Below are positions 38,226 through 51,537 of a stretch of DNA of 64,000 nucleotides, piece after piece. The notes under the pieces are model-generated. The model saw only the letters and a list, made by a program, of their open reading frames with translations, did not search any database and was not told the origin of the DNA. How positions within the stretch are numbered: the stretch's first letter is position 1; every line of letters begins with the position of its first letter. The stretch comes from Octopus vulgaris (Eukaryota). The stretch is taken from positions 43,958,001-44,022,000 of the forward strand of contig OX597817.1 of NCBI GenBank assembly GCA_951406725.2. The letters run 5' to 3'. Both the position numbers and the translations under genes were made by a program.

Positions 38226-38911
38226 GAAAAGAAATCCAATCACCTGGAACCAGTGACAGATGAAAGATATATATATATATATGTATGTATCAGTTTAAAG
38301 GCATATTCATAAAATACACCATGCATCTCCAAGTAATCTTTCAGGCTCTGTTTATGCATTACATATATTAAAAAACTAGGACACTGGACAGTGAGAAAAT
38401 AAGAAAAGACATGGAATAAAATGTGAAGAGGGTTGCTGCAAAAAATGGGACAAGATGAAAAAAAAAAACAAGATCCTTATAACAGAAGTATGTCAAAGCC
38501 TGCAAGACAGCAACTGAATCACAGACCTTTTCTGTCATTTTGTTCTCTACTAGTTGTATTTAATGTATTGTTTGCAATCAGGGAGGACTTGGATCTTAGT
38601 TTTCTTGATTTTGTTTCTTCTCATTCCATTTTCTGCAGCAACCTTCATGCTTCTTGTACATTTTTTCTTATTTTCTCTCACTTCAGTGCTCTTGCTTTTT
38701 AAAATATATAACACATAAACAAAGCCTGAAAGATTGCTTGGAGATATATAGTTTATTTCATAAAAATGCTTGTTCAAGTATCATGGAAGCTCAGAACTAT
38801 TAGTAACTCCTTCGGTTGTGTGTTAAATTGATATGTATCTCTTACTGGATGGAATACTTTATTTGTTGATTCTACCTCTATTGGGTGGATCTCTCTCCTT
38901 ACCATTCAGAT

Positions 38912-39137
38912 GTGGCTGATGCCAGTGCTGCCTGACTGGTTTCCATGCTGGTGGTATTAAAAAGCATAAACTACATACTCAGAGTGGTTGGCATTAGGAA
39001 GGACATCCAGATGTAGAAACCTTGCCAAATCATATTGGAGCCTGGTGCAGCCTCCTGCCTGTCAGTTCTCAGTCAAACCATCCAACCCATGGCAGCATGG
39101 AAAGCGGACATTAAATGATGACGACGACGATGATGAT
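38912..39137 (+). mobile_element. RTE 3' end fragment
   Basis: Homologous to about 13470-13683, with (GAC/GAT)n tail. Confidence 0.8.
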
Positions 39138-39612
39138 ATAGGAGGAAGTTGAAACTTTACCTGATTCCCAAGTAAAGAATTTTGTCTTTTAATTTTGAAG
39201 CCTGTGGATGAGTTTTTTAACATGTCATGTTAGCAAACATTACTGGTAGCTGCCCAACTACAAAAAGAGATGTACCCATTTGTACCTTAGATGTAAATGT
39301 TGATTCCCAAGGAAAGCAATAATTCTTTATGGCTTGACATAGCTTGAAGAAAAATTGAAAATGAGGGACACTACATGTATGACAGCAACATTGATATACA
39401 ACTATTGCATGGGCTTTGGTCAACCTTGGGCTATAGTATCTGAAGCTTTTCCAAAGTAGTACACAGTTTGACTGAGGCTCAAACCATTTAAAAGTGAGCT
39501 TCTTAACCATACAACCATGACAGTGCTTAGCATCTATAGTATTATGAGTATTGAAAATCTGAGCCTTTCACCTATAATGTATTATACATACATACATACA
39601 TACATACATACA

Positions 39613-39648
<36 letters not shown>

Positions 39649-40434
39649 CACATTTGGTTAATGAGTGAGACAGAAGATGGAAGATATGAGAATTTTTATT
39701 AATCCCTGCAATTGTTTTGACCCATCTAGCATTGATCCTTTGGGGCTGGGATACTTAACAACTGGTTCAGGAACATCCAACAGTGTCATTTCAGGGGATA
39801 AATTGATATAACTCATTAAAATAACAGTTCCTCAAGGTATCTTCTCGATTTGTGTAAAGAAATGCAGCAAATAATTTATGTAGCTTCATTTATATAGCCT
39901 CATTTAGATAGAAAATCAATAATAAAAAATAACAGATGCTAAAAAGAAACACACACACAATACACCAAGAAAAGTATTAAATATAACCGTTAACGAATAT
40001 GGATGTATATATGCCTTCATATGGGTTGTATGGTGCATATACACTTGCTCATACAAACATCCACAAAGATGTAAGCATATGCACATGTGCAGTTTGGCAC
40101 ACATATGTTCATGTAGCAAATTAAATAGCTACTTGGTGTTTATAAGAATGGGGAGGTTAGAGCTAAATTTAATTCATCCATACCTTAAAGGGAATTATGA
40201 TTATTTATTAGGCTAATGGTCACTCAAATTCATTCCCACTGCATTGTGCAAAAGTGCATTTATATGCATGTAAGCATCTTGAGAGTCTTTTAGAAATTCT
40301 ATTAATCATCTTCTCATTAGTCCACAGAATAGACAGGGATTCCCCAGAGGAGAATTTGGCATCTCCTGAAAATGATATTATATGATTTTGCATGCCTTAC
40401 TATATACCAAGTTACGTTATACTTAATTTTATTT

Positions 40435-41065
40435 TAAGTCACCACACTAAACCAGCCAAAGATGTTGAATGTCTCGTTGATTTTCTTGAAACTGGTGACA
40501 TGGTTGCAATAACGATTCTTGAATGAATCAGCCATTGATCTAATGTAAATATACAGTCTTCCTATTGTGTTTATGGTACATTTATATACAAGATTTGTAC
40601 TCATACAGAGGTTATTAATGGGCATCTTGATTTTTCTCTGCATGAGCATTTATTATATTTAGTTGTATATATGGTATTCTGACTTAATTTTCTGGTGTTG
40701 TTACAGTATTAGTTATATCACTATTATTGCAATTATCACAACATAGTTGTATCTGGTGTTTTTCCTTGCAGTTTACATCTCCTTTCTTGGTATTTTGGTG
40801 TATGTGTTCACAAATTCCAGTAGGTGGGTTATTGAACTCTTGTTTTATTTTACTATCGTTAATATGGTGCATATGTTGCTCTAAATTAATAGAGTTAGTG
40901 TAAGATATCTTCATGGTGTGTCTATTAAAAACAGCATGGTATCTATCTGATTTTGGGAAGTATTTGTTTAAAGTAGCAAAAAATTACCTAGCGATCTTTG
41001 TTGAAACATGTGAACTGATGATTGGGTGGTACTAGAGAACAACCTGATTCCTATATTTGTTGTTT
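40435..41065 (-). mobile_element. Penelope-like element remnant (RT thumb/linker plus GIY-YIG endonuclease)
   Basis: Minus translation 'NKYFPKSDRYHAVFNRHTMKISY...' and 'LCMSTNLVYKCTI...YIYIRSMADSFKNRYCNHVTSFK' (GIY-YIG-like VY...YIG...R..NH). Confidence 0.75.
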
Positions 41066-41360
41066 AACTTATTTGTTCTGGTGTGTTGTGTGTACACACA
41101 CACACACACAGCAGGCCTCTTTCAGTTTCTATCTACCAAAGCCTTGTGAGTAGATGTGGTTTACAATTACCCAATGTGGAATTCACCCTCGAACCATGTG
41201 GTTGGAAAGCAAACCTCTCATCACACAGTCACAAACATACATACTCACATATATGTATACACATGCAGGTGTGTGTGTGTTTATATGCATAAATATATAG
41301 GTTTTGTTTTGCATGATTTTTTATCTAAGACTTCATGCATTAAAACATGTATTTTGGGAA

Positions 41361-41790
41361 GGTAATTTTCTAATATAAACTCACACACTGTTTCTTTCTA
41401 TTTTCTTTTTATTATTAGTCAAATTGTCTAATTAACCAATTATTCAATTAACTATTCGATTACTTGATTAATCATCCTATCAATCTGTCAATCAACAGGT
41501 TTGTCAGAGTGCTTTTGTTGCGATTTGTGACCATGTAAATGACATGTTCTCATTTCTCCATGTCTGTCTCACTGTGAAATTTTTGCTACTGTATTATAAA
41601 CATGCATGGAGTAATAAGAAATTAGTCTTGAAGAAGCTATGAACAGTTCTGAAAGGATTTTGACAAGTCCACTGATTTACTGATTGGTCCAATGCTTAAT
41701 CAATAGTCAATTAGTTAATTGGTTAACCAGTTGACCAATAATGAAAACAAGCGAAACAGAACCTCTGCATGTGTCTATCAGAAACAATAC
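41361..41790. mobile_element. Degenerate MITE-like element with inverted repeats of about 140 bp
   Basis: 'ttattattagtcaaattg..ttaaccaattattcaattaactatt' versus 'aatagtcaattagttaattggttaaccagttgaccaataatg'; related sequence at about 8985-9200. Confidence 0.55.
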
Positions 41791-41830
41791 ACACACACAC
41801 ATGCACGCACACACACATGCACATGATATA

Positions 41831-43041
41831 TAGGGCACTCAACTTCACTAAGGACTATACTGAAATTAGCAATGAGGACATAAACATCATGAATGCCAAA
41901 AAAGCCCTACTAATTGACAAAGTTTTAACCTGAGTTAAATGGACTGACCTGGAGGGTTGCTTTGATGTTGCGATGTGAGCAATTGTCAGTGCTCACATAT
42001 GTGACCATTTTACTCAAGAATGCCTTAGCACTATCTAGCCACACACTGAATTAACTCAGTAAGGGCCTAACCCATGCATTTAATTCTCTTGGGCTCAAAG
42101 TCATAGCAGAGACTAATTTGAAAGTAGGTGATTGTGTAGATGGGATATTAAATCTAGACACTGTAACCTATAAATCTTGTTGGAAGCTAAATGAGGGGGC
42201 TGGCATATATCAATACAGCTTCCTGTCATCTAGCCATAGTTTACAGGAACCTAGTTAAAGAGGTAAGCAGAAGAGTCTTCAACTTATCTGTGAATAAAGA
42301 TATCTTCAATGCAGCAATCATGTACTACAACGAGGCCCTGGCTGTCAGTGGTTTGAAGGATAGCATTAGTTATATATCCAACCCTAAGTCCACCAAGCAA
42401 AAATGCCACCATAATGTAATGGAGTGGTAAATTATATACCACTCCATTTTCTCTAAATGTAAAAACTTGTGAGGTAGGATCTTCCTAAATTAAGTTGATA
42501 AGCATTTACTCTAAACACAGATACAGGAAAATCTTTAATAGACACAATTTAAGGGTCTCTTTTAGCTGTGCACCTACAACAATGAAAATATTAGTAAGTT
42601 GGCCTAAACCTAGAACTGAGGCATGTTGCTCATGCAGAAGTAATGTCATATGCTCACCAAACAGCCAGTGCAATACAGAAACTGTTGTGTATGAGACAGA
42701 GGATCCCAGTAGAGCAAATAGATGTACAGAGGTATGTGGGCTCAGTTAAAGGTCCTCTTAGGACCAGATTCAACATTGAAAATCATTGTTTAATATTCAA
42801 GTAAGTTGTAATGTATGAACATTGAAAGAAAATGCTGCACATTACATCAAGTGGAGTATATTAAAAAGTGCAAACCTTGCTTTAACAGTATTAAGAGGTG
42901 CACCCTTTTTTTACTGAGAAAAGAATCATATTGAAGACCTCACTCCATTCAGGAGATTTTCTGAACTCTAAAAGTGAAGTGTTTTCCACTTGCCCTCATG
43001 TATGCAGATATACCTTAGCAAACTGGCCATCTGCACCATAA
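41831..43041 (+). mobile_element. Penelope-like element remnant (RT C-terminal half, Cys-rich linker, GIY-YIG)
   Basis: 'FDVAM' (FDVTMG-like), 'VSRRVFNLSVNKDIFNAAIMYYNEALAVSG', 'KHRYRKIFNRHNLRVSFSC', 'CSCRSNVICSPNSQCNTETVVY', C-terminal 'LNSKSEVFSTCPH'. Confidence 0.8.
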
Positions 43042-44181
43042 AAATAAACGTTGCCTCTCTATCCCCAATGGTGTTTCTCATTTCCAAAACGAGGGAAATT
43101 AATACATGTCACACACAACTTTGATATACACAACCTTTACCACCAAAACCATCCCAACTCCTTCATCTCCCCCACATTCCTTCACTCTACCCATTCCTTA
43201 CACATCCCTAACACCAAAGCCCACTCTAAAAGCAAATATCTTGTATACTGGAATAAACAGATAGATAGATAGACAGACAGACAGATAGACAAATAGACAG
43301 AGCCAATGATATATGAAATTTCTAGTCTCCTTTCATTTATACAAAAAGTTTGTTCATTTGTTTTAGAATTTTCTAAATATATGTGTTAACAAGCATCCTG
43401 AATATATAACTACAAATTTCAATTTTACAAATGATTTTACCTATATTTAATGTGTGTATGAGTATGTACATGTGTGTGTGTATAAGTATGTATGTATGTA
43501 TGTATGTATGTATGTATGTATGTATGTATGTATGTATGTATGTATGTATGTATGTATATGACTGAGTATGGGGACAGTGAAATCCTTTTGCTTCATGTGG
43601 ATATTCAAACAAGTTAATATAAGAGTTTTAAAACTAAAAAGCTTAAAATGTATATTTATATTAAATATAGCAATTAGGATTCACAATAGGTTACCTCTGT
43701 AGCTAGATGTGAAATAACAAAATACTTTTTTACTTAATCAATTAGCTCTGAATGAGTTCATAAACTAATGTTACATCAGGGAAATTTATACACAAGAAAA
43801 GAGAAAATAATTAATGTGCATAGATATTATTCTGCTTAGAAAATTCTATACACAGAAACATAGATACTAATGCATTGCAGATAATTAAAGAATTATTTGA
43901 AATAAACTTATTATTCATTATTAACTGAACATTCATAGAGTGTCACTACAGCTATGTAATAAGACAAGTACTTTTCTAAGACTACCCTTTTCCTTCACTC
44001 TGGGCTTTTTCCCCTTTCGTCTTAACAAAGAGCCATGCCTGAAACATCAGCCCCACCTCTTTTTTCTATCTTGGACTGTCTTTGAATGTCAAACTAATAT
44101 ATTAACTATTTATGTCATTTTGACTTTTTGTTGTTTTTCCTGGTTTTGTTTTTATTCTTGTTTTCATTTTTGATTTGCCTA

Positions 44182-44214
<33 letters not shown>

Positions 44215-44428
44215 CTTTTATCTTTAACTTGTTTCAGTTATTAGACTGTGACCAAGCTGAGCCACTGCCTTGAATTTTTTGTCTAATGAATTGACCCCAG
44301 TACTTATTTTTTTTTAAAGCCTGGTACTTATTCTACCAGTCTCTTCTGCCGAACTGCTAAATTATAGGGATGTAAATACACCAACACCGGTTGTCATGCA
44401 GTAATGGGAGACAAACACAGACACAAAG

Positions 44429-44430
<2 letters not shown>
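44215..44430 (-). mobile_element. SINE 3' part (family of 31520-31930)
   Basis: 'cttgtttcagttattagactgtgacc...tggtacttattcta...gaactgctaa' is homologous to 31530-31730. Confidence 0.75.
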
Positions 44431-44469
<39 letters not shown>

Positions 44470-44563
44470 AACACACACATACACATTCACATGCAGACAT
44501 ATATATGTACATATATAGACATACAAAGATTCATATATATATATATAAATATATATATATATA

Positions 44564-44605
<42 letters not shown>

Positions 44606-45248
44606 TATATATACATAGATATATATTTCACATTCACACATATAGGTGTGTGTATGCATATAGAACATTATGTATTTACACCACTTGCATGTGCACACAC
44701 ACACAAACATGCACGCATGCATTCAGTCATACACACACTCAATGGTTCTTCTAGTATCTGTCTACCAAATTTCTCTCTTATAGTATTGCTTAATAGCTAT
44801 AGAAGATGACACCAGCCATCATTGTTGGTGCAAATCACAAAGATATTCTACGTATGATCATGTCCCCATTCTTTTCACACAAGTATAGTGTATCACAAGC
44901 ATGTGTCCTTTAAATATGCTACAATTTGAAATAGCTGATTTTTAGCTGTTTTGATTTTGGTTTGATCATAGTTGAAATGCTCTAAACAAAATGACATTGG
45001 ACTGTCATTGGGTGAATCATTTTTAAAAGAAGTCTAGATTTTCACTGATGAAATGCTTTTGGAGAGTGATGAGATGGTATTAACAAGAGCATTTTACAAA
45101 GATGTGCCATAGATAAACATGGTATTTTAAATCTACCTATTTACATGCACAGTCTATATTTAATTACATGAAAAGGACAATAGAAAGATGGATATATATA
45201 TAAATGTATATGTTTTTAAATATATATATATATAAATGTATATGTTTT

Positions 45249-45283
<35 letters not shown>

Positions 45284-45288
<5 letters not shown>

Positions 45289-45612
45289 TGAAAAGGAACA
45301 CATGAGTCGATATATATATGGGAAAAAGTCAAAGTAGAAAATGCTGAAATAATTTTATAAAAAACATTTCAGTACCGGTTTCAGTCATTGGGACTTCTTC
45401 AACTGTAAGCATGGAAAACAATTAAAGAGACATTTTCCTTGTTTGAATACTATGAAAATATTCTTTTAAAAAAACTTTTCATTTAATTTTTCCAAAATTT
45501 AATTGTTTTCCATGCTTACAGTTAAAGAAGTCTCAATGACTGAAACCGGTACTGAAATGTTTTTCAGAAAATTATTTTAGCATTTTCTACCTTGATTTTT
45601 TTTCCATATAAA
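45284..45612. mobile_element. Fold-back element F with a minimal hammerhead in each arm, in (TA)n
   Basis: Arms about 45313-45426 / 45498-45610; tail 45284-45312. Confidence 0.85.
45370..45405 (-). ncRNA. 36-nt minimal type I hammerhead motif (U at core position 3)
   Basis: Minus strand reads cag TTGAAGA agtc ccaat gact GAAA CCGG TA ctg: stem I cag/ctg, stem II agtc/gact, palindromic stem III ACCGGT, GUA triplet. Confidence 0.75.
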
Positions 45613-45940
45613 TATATATATATATACATAATTAAGATTCATTTGAATTAGGTACTTAAATTGAGACACTAAGCCAGTTCGGTATAGTCCACACAGCTCC
45701 AAGTTATGTGAGCATTTTTTCCTAAACTCATTCTGCCACAAATATAACAATGTAATTATTTTGGTTTCTAGTATTGATATAAATTTGTTAAAAATGGTTT
45801 ATACATTATGTTGGAAATCTATATGGTCATCTACGTCTGAGGGTAGCAGTTTCTTTCAAATTGATGTTTTCATTGATTGATTAAATGGAGCCGCTTGAAA
45901 TGGCCATATTGATACCTGGACATCCTTGTTACTTATTTAC

Positions 45941-45991
<51 letters not shown>

Positions 45992-45998
45992 ATGTGTG

Positions 45999-46036
<38 letters not shown>

Positions 46037-46053
46037 GACAATTATAATCACAC

Positions 46054-46098
<45 letters not shown>

Positions 46099-46133
46099 TA
46101 CACACATATATATATAGATAATTATAATCACAC

Positions 46134-46184
<51 letters not shown>

Positions 46185-46199
46185 GATATATATATATAT

Positions 46200-46360
46200 G
46201 TTTATTTTTTGGTGACTTACTGACCAAATGACTGTAACGGATTCCTGCCGCCCAGAGGTGAAGAGTTACATATGTTTTTGGTTTTAGAGTCTGATGAGAC
46301 GTTCATGGGGCTAAGCCTTTAGTGGATGCAAAACCATTGACTGAACATTGACTTATCTAC
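46200..46360 (+). mobile_element. Short TA-flanked insertion with a degenerate hammerhead (no inverted arm)
   Basis: 46288-46342: agt CTGATGA g acgttcat ggggc taa gcctt tag tggatg c AAAA ccattg act. Confidence 0.55.
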
Positions 46361-49300
46361 ATATATATATATATGGTCATATGAATAGAGCCAATGAAAA
46401 ATCTGGATTTGAAATGAATGTAATGTAGGTTATATCAAAAAGCACCCATATTTTTTCTACTAAATATTTAATCTCTCATGGAAGAAATGTCAAATTGTGA
46501 CTTCCATTAATACCATCAGATACAAGCATATTGTTATTATTCAAGTGATGTTATTTCCAAACAAGTCTTGGTGAAATGTAATGCTTGATAAAGTTGTTAT
46601 TTATGAAATTTTTATTTACAAAATTTCCAAGTGTTTCTTATGAAAATTTCATAAATTCTAAGTTAATATGTGTGCATTAAATAGCTATCTTTATGAATTA
46701 ACATGCAATTAAATGATATATTTCATTGATGGAAAGTTGATAAATTCCAAATAGAAAGCAAAGAAGATCATCAAACATTTTTGCAACAAAAAAAGTAAGA
46801 AAATCAAAAAATTTGAAAATTTTTTGCCATCAAAACACTGATAATGAAAGTAATATGATTTTGTTTTATGATTTTACTAGTTACAGATAGTGGCCATGTT
46901 GTGGAACAATCATTATTAATGATAAAACTAACAGCATTTGACTATTTCTTGTGTGAATGAGGTAAAAAATAACAATATTAGCAACTCCGTTGAAGTAGGC
47001 ATGAAGTATGTCAGAAGGGCATAAGTGATGAAATTTACTCAAGTATATTACTCATATTAATTTTATTGGTGTTAAAGAGATGAAAGGCAAAGGTAGACCT
47101 GACAGGATTTTAGCATCAGTCAATAAAGCACTGAATAGATTAACTTACACTAATTAATCTCTGCACTATCAGTTTTAGCTTTAATGCATTTTCCATAATA
47201 CATTGTAGTATAAGTAATTTTATAATAATGAAGCTAAAATAGTTACTCTTGTAGTAAACTAGTCAGTAATAATGGAGGCTGATAAAACAAGAAAAAATTA
47301 TCATGTTCTTAACACTTTAATAGGTACAGATTTAGATTTTGAAACTCAAGTAATTATTGCACTATTCTGTTTGCAGTAAGATTTCAGACTCATACAATAA
47401 CTTAAACATACATGCATGCACACACATCTGCATACATCATACATCTTTAGATCAAAGCATTCATAAAAATGGTTGTATGAGAAATAATAATTAGTGAGTG
47501 CAAGCCAAGTGGGAACTGAACTCACATAATTTTTTTGTTCCAGACAAATGTTTTATGTTGATAAACTGGATTCTTTACTTTTGCAGTGCTATTTTTCTCT
47601 TTTTGGGAGCTGCATTATTTATCATATATATTACATAAAAAGAAGAAAAAAAGAAATTATATACCTTAAAAAGAAAATTCCCTATTAGTAGTAATGGCAA
47701 CTGTCCTCTGCATAAATGCAGAAGACATTCCTGTTCATGGTAAAATAGTTGTCCCTCTTCTTGAATGCAAACTTTTCAAGCAATTGGAAAGAAAGATTTA
47801 AATATACACTTTATGAATAAATTCATTTGAGAAAATTCATTTTGATAATTCTATTGTTTTATATATTTATTCTAGTAGGTTAATTTTATGGAAGGTTATT
47901 GATTTATATACTTTGATTGTAGACTTATCTAAAGCCTAGCCTATAACAATAGTTTTGTTAATTTGTCTGGAAATTATGAAAATAAAGATGAATTGAAAAC
48001 ATTACAAAGCTTATGATCATCAAAAATTAAAACACTGGAGTATCTAATGCATTAAGTATGTGGTAAATTCTGTTATACAAATCACCAAATGTCATAACAT
48101 GATATATTGTGTATTTAAATTGAAAAATAAAAAGAAAGAAAAAAGAAAATGAGAGAGAAATTAAAATAACAGGTTAGTAGGTGTCTTTCTAATTTTATAT
48201 CTCAAATCTCACAGTACTTGTAAGTCTTATTCTCGATTAAATATATTTTATAATATAGATACAGATATCTAAATTAATTATGATTTCAACCATTATAAAA
48301 TTGTTGAAGAAAGTAAATAAAATATAAGAAATAAATATAAAATAATTTACACTAAAAGCTATAGGAGTATATATATATATAGAGAGATAGTACTTATAAC
48401 TTAATGAGCACTGGTTTCAGCAAATCATGATTATAAGCAGAATATAATAAAGAAAATATATATTGAGTAAAGACTGAATGAAAGACTCACAAGAGAATTT
48501 GGAGTCATTAGTGATGTATAAGAGGTTAATATTCTATTGCTCAATAGTTTTCATCATTCTCATGAGAAACATAAAGGAAACTTATAACTGGTGATATGTT
48601 AGCAAAATGTTGAATGCTTTAGAGTACATATATGGTGCAGCACTTTTAACTGGAAGCAGCCTCATTATAAGAAACTTATAGACTGCACTAATGCTATATT
48701 AAAAGAAGCAAGAGTTGAAAATAATGAAAAGCTATGATGAAAAATAGTAATAAAAATGTGGACTGAATAAGCAGAGAACACTGAGTTTTCCTAAATGGTA
48801 ATACATTTGAAAATACTGACTCGTGGATATATGTAGCACCATCTTTGAAATCAAATGGTGGCTAAATTCACAATTTGATAAGAAACTAATAAATAGGTAG
48901 GCTACATAAATTTTGGAAGTTGCAAAGACTCAGTAGGCACACAACATAAATGTGTACACCTAGTTCTCTTGTAAGGCAGTTAATCCCAGTACAATAACAA
49001 ATTATGATCTACAAAATACAAATTTTGTGGACAAACTCACATAAGAAATTGGGAATATTTGAAGTAGTGGAGATTTTTAATAAAATATGTGGATGTCTGG
49101 CAAAATATGACAAAATATTTTATTAAGAAATATGGAAGAAAGAAAGTTGTTTCATCTTTATAGAAAGTGAAAGAGGTTAATGGTTATAATTTAAAACCAC
49201 TTATGAAGTAGATGAGATGGTGGGTCATCACAGATACTAAATTTGATAGGCTGGGAGATCAGTAATGTTTAGTATGTTTAGTATTAAGAGAATACAGTTA

Positions 49301-51394
49301 AGCTGGAACATATGACATGGTTGTATTTCATACAAGGGTGTCACTTTATAAAACTCCCAGCTCAAAATGAAAAATTTTTTTAAACTGAAAATACACAAGA
49401 AGCAGCAACTTTGCAAGGGTCCAAAAAGATGGAGAAAGAAGTATGATGATTTAAGACATTGGCAGTTGAATTATAGAGAATGTAAAATTTAATTATAAAT
49501 TTTCAGAAGGAAAATATAAATGGCTGCACAAGTTTTTATTCATTTTAGAATAAATGAAAAAAGTATTTAGAATAGGTTAGCACCATAATTGGGCTTTTAA
49601 ACTTTTAGCTTAATGATTCAGTATTATCTATTTTTAGGTACAAGCAATTTAGATGAAAATATATATGCAAATTTTTTGACAATTATCTTGTAATAACTTA
49701 ACAGATAAGGTATTTTATCAACAGAAAGAAAATAGTTCTATTAGCAAATTTTTCAAGGTTAACAGAAGTAATCTGCAGAGATCATATCTGGAGTCTAAGG
49801 AATACAGGTTTCTATCTACAGTTCCAATGAAAAGATTAGGCATAAAATTAATTTTTCTATTTAATATTTCATTGCTGAGACAGTTAACTTAAACTGAATA
49901 TGGGAACATGTTAGTATTTTAGACTTAAATAAGTTGATCTTATAAAAACACCTTTGACGTAAAACCTATAAGCTTAGAGTAACTAGGTCAATATTCTACA
50001 AAGATAGCGATTGTGAAGACAAATGCATGTGTATTCACATATACACATTGTATAAGAAGCTATCAGTAATTGTGTTGTGGATGGAATTAAGTGTTAACTC
50101 TTGCTAATATATATGCTAGTTCTGAATTCTACTGATTAACAGTTATTCAATAGAGAATAGCACCAAAATCTTCATATGGAAAAGAAAATAAGAAAGGTTT
50201 TAAATAAAAATATTGTGTTTTTTATGATTTTTCAACAGCATTTATTTCCTATTATAATTATTTTACAAAATGTATTTGTATGTGATTTTAGTAGAGTTCT
50301 TGAAATCAATAATAATAAATGAATAAAGTTTTGAACTAATATGAATTATTTCATTTTATTACTAGATTGTAGTAATTAAATTGACTTTTTCAGTTTACAT
50401 TTAACTAATACTTATTTTAGAAACTCTAGTGAAAGGAAAGGCAAAGTCAGCTTAAGCAGGGTTTAATTACACCAAATTACATACTGTAAATAATTTAGAC
50501 TGATGCAGTACTTACTGTTTTTCCTTATTAGTAAGGAATATTAATATTGAATAGATATGTAATTTTGTAAAGTAGTCAAATTAAATCCCCCCTAAACATC
50601 AAAATGAATCAAAACAAGTAAATAAATATCTACTTGGCTATGAAAACTTTAGCATGAAATGACTTCTTAATTAGTCACGACATGCTGCTCTATCACAAAG
50701 TGTGATAAGTGGAATAATTTAAATTGGAAATTGAACCCAAATAGTGCACTTCATTTTCTGAGAAGCACAAATAAATAATGAAAGAACTGAATTGGTATTT
50801 AATCCTATGAAAGAAAATAAATGTTAATTATGAAATTCAACTTTAGTATATCTATTTATCTGGTTCATTTTTTGCTTAAAAAAGAATAATTAAAAAGGAA
50901 TGCTTGCATACATTTTTACTGTGAACACTATTTATTGATGTTCAAAAAGATGCTTAAATAAAAATTTTAACCAGGTATGTATTGATTCATCTTTTATACA
51001 AAGGAAAAATGGTATTGAATACCTCAGAATATGGACTAAATATAGAGGTAAGCCAGTGAAAATGTTAAAGAAATCTTTATATATCAAAACATAGAATATA
51101 TGTTTGGTTTAATGAAAAAAAAATTGTAGGTTATTGATAGAAAATTCAAGTAAAATATTTTCATAATTTCATCTGCTAAAATTCAAGATATTTTAACATA
51201 TAGATGTGTCACATGTTTCATATTTGAATTATATAATGTGAGGAGTTTCAATGGTTGGTTTGATAATGTGTTTTGCCTCTTAGCTGAATGGATGCGAGTT
51301 CATATCCTTTCATTGCCACTGTCGCACAAACTGTATTTCAAGCACTAAACACACTCTGCTCTATGTATCTGACAGAAGACAAGGAATAAGATCA

Positions 51395-51419
51395 CACACA
51401 CACACACACATGTATATAT

Positions 51420-51469
<50 letters not shown>

Positions 51470-51479
51470 ACAGACTGAT

Positions 51480-51535
<56 letters not shown>
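51395..51535. repeat. (CA)n and (AG)n microsatellites
   Basis: Read directly from sequence. Confidence 0.95.

Positions 51536-51537
<2 letters not shown>

Noticed and set aside
45190-46140. Short local tandem duplications around TA runs (45190-45255, 46035-46135; also 27296-27400 and 62713-62770)
   Set aside because: Consistent with ordinary slippage or unequal exchange at microsatellites.
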